From assembly GCA_002189035.1 (NCBI GenBank), contig NEEC01000017.1, forward strand, positions 868,001 to 932,000: a stretch of 64,000 bases of DNA. The letters are read 5' to 3'. The notes beneath the pieces were generated by a model. It did no database searches. It saw only the letters and a program-made list of their open reading frames with translations, and was not told the origin of the DNA. Below, piece after piece: positions 10,545 through 21,919 of this stretch. The position numbers and the translations under genes were made by a program. Source of the stretch: Utricularia gibba. Taxonomy: Eukaryota > Plantae > Magnoliophyta. Position 1 is the stretch's first letter. Each line of letters opens with the position of its first letter.

Positions 10545-13500
10545 ATGTCTGCAAGACATTCACAATGTCTTCTTCTTTTCACCCTCACTCTTCTCTTTTC
10601 CAGTTGCTGTTCTGTTGATGAGCAAGGAATGGCACTTCTTTCATGGAAGGATCGCTTGAATGCTTCCAATAGTGTTTTGACTTCTTGGGATGCATCAGAT
10701 GAAAGCCCCTGTAGCTGGTTTGGGATATACTGCAACTCTGATGGGGATGTGGAGAAGATAAGTTTAAGTTCAGTGGACTTACAGGGGCCATTGCCAGCGA
10801 ACTTTCAGCCGTTGAAGTACTTGAAAAGTCTTGTTCTGTCATCAGCCAATCTCACCGGAGAAATTCCTAGGGAGTTCTGTGAGTATAGCGAGCTAGTTTG
10901 GGTTGATATAAGCGATAATGCTGTTTCTGGTGAGATTCCTGCAGAAATAAGCAGGCTTAGTAAGCTGGAGTTCTTGTCTCTGAATACGAATTTTCTTCAA
11001 GGTAGCATTCCTTTAAATATTGGGAACCTCTCCAGTCTGAAGCATCTCATGCTCTTTGATAATCAGCTAAGTGGAGAAATTCCGAAGAGTATAGGAAAAT
11101 TGAGGAACCTTGAAGTATTTAGAGCTGGTGGGAATCAGAATCTCAGGGGAGAGTTGCCTATGGAGATTGGTAACTGTACCAACTTGCAAGTTCTTGGCAT
11201 TGCTGATACAGCCATTTCTGGGAATATTCCACCTACAATCAGTAGACTCAAGAAGCTTCAGACACTTGCAATATACACTGCTCTGGTTACAGGTCCCATT
11301 CCTGAGGAAATTGGGAACTGTAGTGAGTTGCAGAACTTGTATTTGTACCAGAATTCCATAACTGGTCCTATTCCAACGACGCTTGGGGATCTGGGTAAGC
11401 TTCGGAGTCTACTCTTATGGGGGAACAGCATTATAGGCACATTGCCCAGGGAGTTGGGTAGATGCAAAGAGTTAGAAGTCATTGATGTATCTGAAAATCT
11501 GCTGACAGGGAGAATACCAGCGAGCATTGGCAGCCTTCTCATGCTGGAGGAGCTGCATCTCAGTGTCAACGAGTTATCAGGTTCTATACCCTCTGAGATT
11601 ACAAACTGCACTTTTTTGACGCATTTAGAAGTCGACAACAACAATCTTTCAGGCAATATTCCCAGTGAGATTGGTAAACTTACGAACTTGATTCTCTTTT
11701 TTGCCTGGAAGAATAACTTGACAGGGACAATCCCAGAATCTCTGTGCCTGTGTGAAACTCTCCAAGCTCTTGATCTTTCCTACAATGGGCTGTTTGGGCA
11801 AGTTCCAAGACAGCTTTTGGGGTTGAAAAACCTGACTAAGTTGCTGCTAATCTCCAACAGCTTGACAGGATTCATACCACCTGATATTGGGAATTGCACA
11901 TGCTTGTATAGATTCAGAATCAGTGATAACAAAATCGGTGGAACTGTTCCATCAGAAATTGGGAACTTGAAATTCTTGAATTTTCTTGATTTGGGAAACA
12001 ATTATCTTGAGGGGCGCATTCCAACTTCAATCTCAGGTTGTGAAAGTCTAGAGTTTCTAGATCTTCATTCAAATGCACTCAGCGGGCCATTACCTGAGTC
12101 TCTACCAAAGAGTTTACAGTTGATGGATGTTTCAAGCAACAGGCTCAAAGGCTCTGTGCCAGTGAGCATTGGCTCCTTGACCGAAATAACGAAGTTGAAT
12201 CTTGGAAACAATCTGTTTTCTGGGAAACTCCCAACAGAAATCATCTACTGTAGAAGGCTGCAAATGTTGGATCTTGGAAACAACTGCTTTTCAGGTGGCA
12301 TACCCAAAGAACTAGGCCTGCTTCCATCGCTAGAAATCTCGCTCAACCTGAGTTGTAATCAGTTTTCAGGAAGGATACCACCAGAGTTATCCGGTCTCCA
12401 AAAACTTGGAGTTCTTGATCTTTCACGGAACAGCCTATCTGGGAACCTGGATGTTCTGAAAAGCCTTCAAAATCTGGTTTCCCTGAATGTGTCCTTCAAT
12501 GAATTCTCCGGGGAATTGCCGCACACCCCCTTCTTCCGAAAAATGCCTCTTAGTGATCTTTCCGGGAACAACGGTCTATACATCCCCGGTGGTGACATTG
12601 CTCCTGCTGATGATCAAACCAATCCAAAAACGAAAATGAAGTTAGCAATGACAATTCTTGTGTGCACAAGTGTGATACTTGCGCTTCTTGGTGTTTACTT
12701 TTCGGTCAACACTCAAATATCCAAAGCCAAATCCGTGAATCCTGCTTCTTGGGACATCAAGTTTTATCAGAAACTGGAGTTCTCCATTGATGAGATAGTC
12801 AAGAGCCTTACCTCCTTCAATGTGATTGGCACTGGAAGTTCTGGAGTGGTCTACAGAGTAACCATTCCAAATGGCAGCAGCTTGGCTGTCAAAAAGATGT
12901 GGTCATCAGAAGAATCAGCTGCATTCAGTTCAGAAATTCAAACATTGGGCTCAATCAGGCACAAAAACATCATAAGACTCCTGGGTTGGGGCTCAAACAA
13001 TACAATGAAACTCCTTTTCTATGACTATCTTCCCAATGGAAGTTTGAGCTCGCTTCTTCACGGAGCAGGGAAGGGAGGAGCTGCCTGGGAGACGAGATAC
13101 GATATCGTCCTTGGTATCGCACATGCCCTCGCCTACCTGCATCATGATTGTGTGCCGCCGATCATACACGGCGACGTCAAAGCCATGAATGTCCTCTTAG
13201 GTCCCAACATGGAGCCATATTTAGGTGACTTCGGCCTGGCAAGGCTTGTGACAGAAGAAGATGGTCGCATCAGAGGGGCTTCAAAGCATACCCAACGGCC
13301 CCTTTTAGCAGGAACTTACGGCTACATGGCTCCAGGTGAGGAAACTCTTCGACAACATCTTCTTCAATCACTCAAGGTTACACTCAACGAACCAATTTTT
13401 CTGCTGCAGAACATGCATTCATGCAAAGGGTAACAGAGAAGAGCGATGTCTACAGCTTCGGTGTGTTGCTGCTAGAGCTACTAACAGGAAGGCATCCACT

Positions 13501-13876
13501 AGAAGTAACACTGCCAGGGGGGTTCCACATGGTGCAATGGGCTCATCACAAATGGCAAAACCAGAGCAACCCAGTGGATGTTCTTGACCCAAAGCTGAGG
13601 GGCAGAGCTGACCCTCAAACTCACGAAATGCTACAGACACTAGCTGTGGCATTTCTCTGCCTCTGCACAGGCGCCAATGATCGCCCCACTATGAAGGATG
13701 TTGTAGCGATGCTGAAAGAGATTCGATGCATTGATCCAGAGAGAACAGACCCCGAGCTGCAGAAGAAATGTCACTCGGCAGAACCCAAACCACTGTCTTC
13801 TCAAAATAAAGTAGCCTCCTCACAGTGCTCCACAAGCTGCTCCTTTGCGTTTTCGGATGAATCTGGTGGGAATTAG
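10545..13876 (+). CDS. LRR-XI receptor kinase, RGF/GLV receptor RGI3/RGI4-like (exons 10545-13335, 13410-13876; 1085 aa)
   Basis: Signal peptide, DEQGMALLSWK, >20 LRRs with RxGG (FRAGGNQNL) and RxR (LYRFRISDN) sulfotyrosine-binding motifs, TM helix, kinase motifs GTGSSGVVY, HGDVKAMN, DFGLA, GTYGYMAPE; single intron at the conserved APE position. Confidence 0.93.
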
Positions 13877-14419
13877 TTCATCCAGAAAGAAGGTCCAGAA
13901 TGAGAAGATAGCATGCAGATGCGTGCGCCATGGTAGTTGTAGTAGCACTAGCAGTAGGAGAAGAGTGCAATCACGACGCGATCAAGAGTTCAATCTCCTT
14001 CCTAATGCTCGATTATGTTGAACAGTCTTAAGATTCGTTTTATAAATTATTAAAATTTATTTTATTTTAAATAATAGATGTTAATCATATATATTTTTAT
14101 TAATATTATATATTAATATATTAAATATCTCAATTTTATATATTAAATATCTAAATAATTTATTTATTTGAATCTTGATTTATGGTAAAATAAAAATCTA
14201 TATATACTTAAAATTTATTTAATTTTATGATATTAAAAAAATTCTCAAATTATATATTATTAACATTTTAATAATATAATATATTAATTTAATTATAATT
14301 TGTTTGATAATAAATAATATTTTTTAAACAACATTCTCTATAAAATATTCTTTTTAAATCCTTAATTTTTTAAAAATAATTATATATATATAAATATTTA
14401 ATATCTAATAAATTAAAGG

Positions 14420-14660
14420 ACACGTTCATTTTGAGTTAATCACGTTATAAATTTTTTCGATACTAGTTTATTACGTTAATAAAATTAGAGAATTTGTTAC
14501 GTTTTTAAAGTTATTCAAACAAAACATCACGTTTTGAAAACTACTCAACAAAAACATCACGTTTTAAAATTAATTAAAATAGTATATCACCTTTTAAAAG
14601 TTTCAGTTTTGGTCTTTGATTTTTAAAAAATTCATACGATATCGAAAAAAATATGAAACC
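14420..14660. repeat. MULE left TIR with ~30-bp periodic CATCACGTTT-like units
   Basis: Units at 14438, 14469, 14495, 14525, 14555, 14585; 14601-14655 is the approximate reverse complement of 19277-19327. Confidence 0.75.
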
Positions 14661-15457
14661 ACTCTTATTTGATAGCTATATTATAGATTGGCATACAAAA
14701 ATTTCAAAACACAGTTAAGATAACTATAGAATATGTTTTTTTTATTTTATTAACATTTAGGTTCACTAATTGAATCCTAAAACCCAAATTTGGCCCATTA
14801 AATGTGATGCATTTACTTCACATATTCAATTGTCCTCTTCTCCCTCCCATTCCAATTCAATCCCTAAGCTTGGTGAAAGATAGCTGTACAAAGAAGACAT
14901 CAGCTTCAAAATCGCGTCGCCCTGGAGTATCAGAAGGTTTCGATTTTTAGGGTTTTAACTCAGTGGAGCATCTTTTCTGAGCATTGTGCGTTCATGAATG
15001 TTAAGAAAAATGCCTTATTGTGTCTATTCATTTTTATAGAAATGCAAATTCCATTGGAATGATTTCCATGTGTAGGTTGTTACTCATTTATAAAGACCTG
15101 TTCTTTCTTTAGTATGGGCTAGTTTCAAGAAGTTACCCACATACCGTTAAATGCATCAGTAGTTGGGTTTATCATACCAAGTGATTATTTGATTTTTTAA
15201 AGAAATATTTGATGATATTATGGTATTGTTTTTATTTTGTTCTTGAGATTGATGGTGAAAGTATGACTAAAGATCAATTTTTTCCATTAATCTTATGTAG
15301 ATATGAATTGTAGTTTTTTTTCTTTTTGCAATAGGGATTCCACTACTGAAGCATGTACTACACTTGAGATATGGAACTCATTTTATTATATTTCATTTTC
15401 ATTTATAGTATTTATGAAATTACTATAATGTTTAGGTGAGAGGGTTCTTTATCAACA

Positions 15458-18230
15458 ATGTTTCAAATAGATGAGGATATCAGTGATATTCGCATTGTTG
15501 AAAATGATGACTTTGGAAATACCGATGACGGCATTGATTGGAGCAAAGATGATACAGATTCGAAACTTCCTTTTGAAGAGTGGCAACTTGTCAAGGAGGA
15601 AGATTGGAATGTACGTGAACTAGAAATTATTCCGTATGTGGAAGGTGCTGATGAAATAAGTTCAATCTCTAATCCGAATTACCCCACATTTCGACCTGAT
15701 GGACATTTAACAGAAGAAGATTTAATGTACAACTCTTCTATTCGTATGAATTTGAAACCGTAGTATATATGATGTTCTTATCTTTACTGTATTAATGATT
15801 TCAGGTTGGATATTCAATTTACATCAAAGGAAGAGGCTAAGATTGCGTTAACCAACTTTTGCATTGAAGAGGGATTCAAGTTTTATGTGTTCAAAAATAA
15901 TGCACAATATCTCAAGTTTGTATGTGGTAATCGTAAGGAGCATATGGCATGGAAAAATGCATCAAATGATGGGGAGGTAACATGTGTATTTGTTATGTAC
16001 AAACAATGACATCATTCATATATTACACCTTAAATTTGTTTTCTTCACAGGAGAACTCTCAAAACCCAGTAGAACGATGTCCCTGGTTTGTGTTGGTGTC
16101 ATGCTACAAACACAACAATGTTTGGATGACTGTCACCATGCTAGGAAAAATCGTGAAGTAAGATTTGGTTGAATTGCTAGGAAATTCCTTCGGAGTTTCA
16201 TTCAAAAGCTTGGAATGACGGTTTCAGAGTTACATCGGGAGGTTTTCGATGCCATCGGCGTGGATGTTCATAAGGCTACTTTGCACCGAGCACGCAAGAA
16301 GGCAAAAGAGATCATTTTTGGTCGACGTGTGGAGGAGTTTAGTCGTTTAAGAGATTACAGGGAGAAATTTCTTCAGTCAAATCCAGGGAGTACTTTTGCG
16401 ATCGACATAGAAGCTGTTAGTGAAGGAGAAGAAACATTTAAAGCAGGTTACATATGCCTCATAGGATTGATCCAAGGCTGGAGGAATTGTTGCAGGCCCT
16501 TTATTGGTATCGATACTTGTCATGTGAAGACCGAAGCTACTGGTTTCATCTTCGTTGCTGTTGGCTTGGATCCCAATAATGGTACATATCCATTTGCTTG
16601 GACAGTTGTCGGCAAGGAGGACAAAGCGACTTGGATGTGGTTTTTGAATCTGTTACGTGATGATTTGAATATTGAGAGGTTGGATGAAATTTGCATTATG
16701 TCAGACTGTGATGTATCTATTCGGGAAGTTGTCACCAACCTATTTCCAGGTTGTGAGGTAGTTCTAACTACAATCAACGCAATCACATTTGCTTTTACAG
16801 ATATTTTTATGTTAATTTGATGCGGTTTTATGTAGCATCGTCACTTCGTTAGGCATATACAACATAATCTTAAAGGAAAGCCTGGTGGGAAAGTGAATGC
16901 ATGTAGTCAGGTGAGGAAGATTGCGGAACAAGGAATTAGGGCCGAATGGAAGGCTGAGATGCGTGCGCTGATGAAGATTAATGAGAAAGCATATCTCTAC
17001 ATGTTACGTATCCCACCGAAGCATTGGTGCATTGTCTTTTTTAGGCCATCTAGCAAGTCTGATGCCCTATTGAATAACATGACCGAATCATTCAATGCTG
17101 CGCTTTTGGGGGCGAGGTCGAAGTTGATAATCCCCTTGTTAGAGGCAATTTGAGTTTTACTATGTGAGCGTATTGTCACAAGACGTGCCGAGGCCACACG
17201 TATGGCAAACGTCGTCTGCCCTAACATTTTGAGAGTGATGACAGAAGGGGTCAAGAAAGGACGAGAGGGCCGAATACGTAGCTCCACCCATGATCGTTGG
17301 GAGTGGTTCGTAGGCGAAGACATTGAAACAGTCGACTTGGCAAATAGAGTATGTAGTTGCGGCATTTGGCAAATTCGAGGTGCGTATTCTATGTTATTAA
17401 GATTTTAATATTTTTGATTGATGCTCAGATAGTGGTTTTGATAGTATTGTGGCTGAATTTTTAAGTTTGTTACATAAGTATTATGCTAGGATGTGTTTTT
17501 AATAATATTATGCATGATTTACACAAGTGTGTCTGATTTGTTAATGTCAGTTATAATAGTATTGGTGATTCATTGTGATAGGTATACCATGCTGTCATGC
17601 TGTCATAGTCATTGACTACTTAGGAAGGCCGATGCATAATTATGTAGACAACTGTTATTATGTAGACTCATACAGTGCGCTATATGATTACTCGCTACAT
17701 GGTGTCCCTAGACAGTCAAGATGGCCTTCCACCACAATGACAATGATGTTGCCACCTTCATTCAGTAAAGAGCGTCGAGGTAGACCACCGAAGCATCGTT
17801 TGAGACGGTACTATGAGAAACGTGCAGTCACTAAAGACAGCAAGCGTTTCAGGCATGAGAATTTTGTTCCACAAGGATGCTCTTGGTGCGGCCAAGTTGG
17901 TCACAACACTAGAAGGTGTGAGGAGAAGAAGAAATTTGTATTCAACTATAACGAAGATGATCCAGATAACGGTTCCATTAAGGTATGTCAATAAATCAAT
18001 GATAATAGTAGTTTACAGTTGTGGTTTCATCAAATGATTTGTCAATTATAGGTTTGTTCTACTTGCAATGCACCGGGACACAAAGCATGGCGATGTCTAG
18101 GGAAGAGGCATGAACGCTGTTATGATAAACAAAAGTCTAAATCGCAAAAACCCCCTGAATCACCATCCCTTGAGAATAATCAACAAGATGGACCAACCCC
18201 TGCAGATGGAAATGCACCTGAGTCAGAGGT
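15458..18230 (+). pseudogene. MuDR/MULE transposase pseudogene (spliced)
   Basis: MuDR N-domain (QFTSKEEAKIALTNFC), MULE domain (CRPFIGIDTCHVK...VAVGLDPNNGTYPFAW...WMWFL...IMSD), LLNNMTESFN, SWIM finger (CSCGIWQIRG/IPCCHAV), two CCHC knuckles (CSWCGQVGHNTRRC, CSTCNAPGHKAWRC); in-frame TGA at 17151-17153. Confidence 0.85.
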
Positions 18231-19269
18231 AAATCACTAAAGACAACACTTTTTTTTCTATGCAACTTTTGATTTTTTTCTCCTTTCTTGTTATTCATTG
18301 TTTGGTCGATAACTGACGTGAATCCTTATTTGTCTCATATGCTGAATTTCCTGTTTTTCGTATGTTGAATTTATGCCTCTTATCATTGTTTTTTTCTATT
18401 CCTTTGGCAAAAATAATATTATGGTTTTTTCATAAAACTGATATGATATGAAATTAAAACCCAAAAATAATATACTCAAAATCCAAAATGTGTAACCTAA
18501 AGTAATATTTGGCAAGTGTACGACAACTATTGTACACTAAACATGATCTCATTAAGCATACATGTACTAATTAAAAGATTGACTTTATTGATTAATCTTG
18601 ATTTTTTTAAAGACATACTTCAGATTTAATCTATGATGATTATGTGTAATCAACTTGATCATGTTAATCATACTTTCCTATTCTATTCCGGTGTAACAAT
18701 GAAAACATGTATGAAAAACACTATAAAACAATACTTATTTTACATTTTTCGTTACAATAAATGAATTCTAAAGAATATTTTTATAAAATTCGAATTATTT
18801 AATAATACAAATGAATATCTATAAATAATAGTTATTTTTCAATTTTGTTATATCTAATGAATTATAAAGAATATTTTATGAAAACTACAATTTTTAATAT
18901 ATATTCAATAAGAATTTTCATTATAAAAGAGTTTATTTGATTGAACAAATTCAAGACGTTTCAAATACAAATGATTATTATACATTATTTGAATAAACTT
19001 ATATAATTTATATAAATTTTTAATGAACATCCAATGAAATTCTCTAAAGATTTTTTAATTAAATAAATAAGAAACTTGCTTTATAATTTTATATTATGGA
19101 ATCTAATTATCAAACACAAAGGATTTCTATTTTTTATTCAAAAGATTTAATTTCTAGTAAATTATTAGGTGTACATCAATTAAAAATCAATAGAAAATAT
19201 ATACGCTCATTAACTTAATATATATTTTTTATTATGTGTGTGTCTCTTAAATAATTTTCAAAAGAAACT

Positions 19270-19606
19270 AGTTTGATATTTTTTGGATATCGTATGAATT
19301 TTTTGTAATTTTTAGACCAAAACTGAATTTTTTTAAACGTGATGCATCTTCAACGCCACTTTTGAAACGTGATGCATTGCCTTGCATATATTTCAAACAT
19401 GATGCTTTATATTGCTTATTTTTGAAACATGATGCTTTTTTTGTATATTTTTCAAACGTGATGTACCGATTATGTTATTTTTTAAACATGATGAATGAAT
19501 AATGTTATTTTTATATCGTGATGTACCAAATATATATCTTTGTAAATGTGATACATTATATGTGCAACTGTGAGTGAATGTGATGTATCCAAATAGTGAT
19601 TTTCCC
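19270..19606. repeat. MULE right TIR with nine ~30-bp periodic AAACGTGATG-like units
   Basis: Units start at 19335, 19365, 19395, 19425, 19454, 19484, 19514, 19544, 19576. Confidence 0.8.
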
Positions 19607-19681
19607 TAAATTTTAAAATTTCTACCCTACATTCACGAAATCTTACAATTTGCGCGCGAGGATATCCTAAGAAGGGGCCAA

Positions 19682-19849
19682 GATCCGCGTCATTCATTTC
19701 GATGTCGACCTGCTACCGTAGATTCTTCTTTCATCAACGGTCCTCATTAAATCTCCACACTCCGAAAGCTAATGAATCCTGGCCGTGGATTACACATTCT
19801 AAACCAACGGTGCGACGATCTTCACACTCGTGGATTGACGCTATATAAA
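19682..19849 (+). promoter_or_regulatory. Histone gene promoter: reverse octamer GATCCGCG (19682-19689), nonamer/MSA-like CAACGG motifs (19735, 19805), TATA box (19842-19849)
   Basis: CGCGGATC octamer is the established plant S-phase histone element; TATATAAA lies 82 nt upstream of the H4 ATG. Confidence 0.75.
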
Positions 19850-19867
19850 CGTGAACCGCGGAGGTAG

Positions 19868-20242
<375 letters not shown>

Positions 20243-21919
20243 TTTTTCATCTCAAATTAGGGCTTCGTATTGTTCCTATTGTGAAGTTTTACTCGGCTTT
20301 CTTTTTTCCTCTGATTCATCACTGTCTTGATCTTTCTACTGAATTCAAGCTCTTAGGGTTGATAAAACTCTGGGATGTATCACACACATTCATTTTCGCT
20401 GTAGATTCAAAAACAGATTACCATTTTCCTGCACATGATTTGAGCTTTTGAGAAGGATGGGAGGGATTTCACCTTCAGATCCAGTTAATTCCTTCTTGCC
20501 GGAGTCAGAGTCCATGGGATGTGGAACCTGTTCCTTACCTTTTATTTGTGTTCACATTTTTGAAACGTCATCGAATTCAGTATACAAAAATGGTAATTCT
20601 TAAAATATGGTGGAATTTGAGGATTGGGCCACTATGACGGCCCATTTTAAAATGTTAGGCCCCTTGTTCCTGATTTGAGTAAGTGGACCCACAAATGATT
20701 CTTCTTACAGCCTAGCCACGCGCTCCCAGGTAATCCCTGGAATCGAGAAACGATATTCAACGCCAGTGGACTTTGTTGTATTCGCCTGCCAACCGGGAAA
20801 GCCGACGTTTTGTGTGGATATGTATAGATACGCACATCTTCATGTCTATCGGCAATGAGAGTGACGGGGGCCCATTGAGATCGGATTCCGCCGGGCCACT
20901 GAAGGCAACGGGAATCATCGATCCTTTTTCCCTCCCCCTAGCTGTTACGAGCACGGAAGAACAATAATGCTTGGCCGAAATTCGATTTCTGAAAAAGGCG
21001 CTTTTCCTTAGATGCTTGCGTTCTTATGGGTTGAATTGAATTCCTTGATGGTATGTGCATTTTGCTGAACTGCAGTTGCTCCGGGAGGAAGTTTGATTTT
21101 TCTCACCTTCATCGTGCATTCCACCTTCGTTGAACACGGCTGCATTTTGGTTCAGTCGATCATTATTCTAACTCTACCGTTGGGTAAGCGATGAAAGATG
21201 CGTTTCATGAACCATTGGGTACTCGCGAAATATGTGTGTTCAGTTATTTGATTGCTTAATCTGGGTTTTTTTATTTATTGATTCTATACATGGATCCTTT
21301 GTCGATCTTCTTTTGTTTTCTTACGCCATCGAGTTGGATGGTTGGTGTAAGAATGCCTGATCAATCGTAAGGCAGTTTTCGTTATGGGATTGGTAGTCGA
21401 GGAGATATTTTTTTCTGCTTGTTTGAAAATCAATTTTTTTTAACTTGTCGGTTCATCCTAGTGAATTCTAAGTTCAACTCTGATTTGATGGGTAAACTAA
21501 GAGTTGGTCGTCTTTATTATGATTTGCCGGTAACAACTCTGATAAGGACACTCGCCTTTTTCATTTGGTGGCTGTGATACATTGCTTATCGCATAGAATA
21601 TTGCTTTCGCCTCTTCGGCATTGATCTTAAAACCTTATTGTCGGTGGGATCTCTACCCAAAAATGTGAATATTCAAATGGGAGGCTTAAGGCTACAAATA
21701 TTTCTATTTCAGTGCGTTTGTATGTATCTCTTCGGTTTTTTTTTTTTTTTTTTGTTTGTGTTAGGTTTCTTTTTCCACTATCTCCCAACGGCCTGTGCTT
21801 CACTGTTTCTTTTGGTTATCACTGCACTGTCATTCGACCTCCTCCACAAGTTTTGTTTTACACTCTCGTAACATTGTAATTGTTACAGGTTCATTCCATT
21901 GTTTGTTTAGAGCTTGAAA

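Larger units (their letters stand above)
14420..19606 (+). mobile_element. Mutator-like (MULE) DNA transposon, decayed
   Basis: Long imperfect terminal inverted repeats (left ~14420-14660, right ~19270-19606 ending TTTTCCC) flank a MuDR transposase remnant. No 9-bp TSD found; left boundary uncertain. Confidence 0.8.

Noticed and set aside
19335-19585. Regularly spaced repeats resembling a CRISPR array
   Set aside because: Repeat is only 10 bp and degenerate, has an inverted counterpart 5 kb away flanking a MuDR transposase, and the context is eukaryotic with no cas genes.
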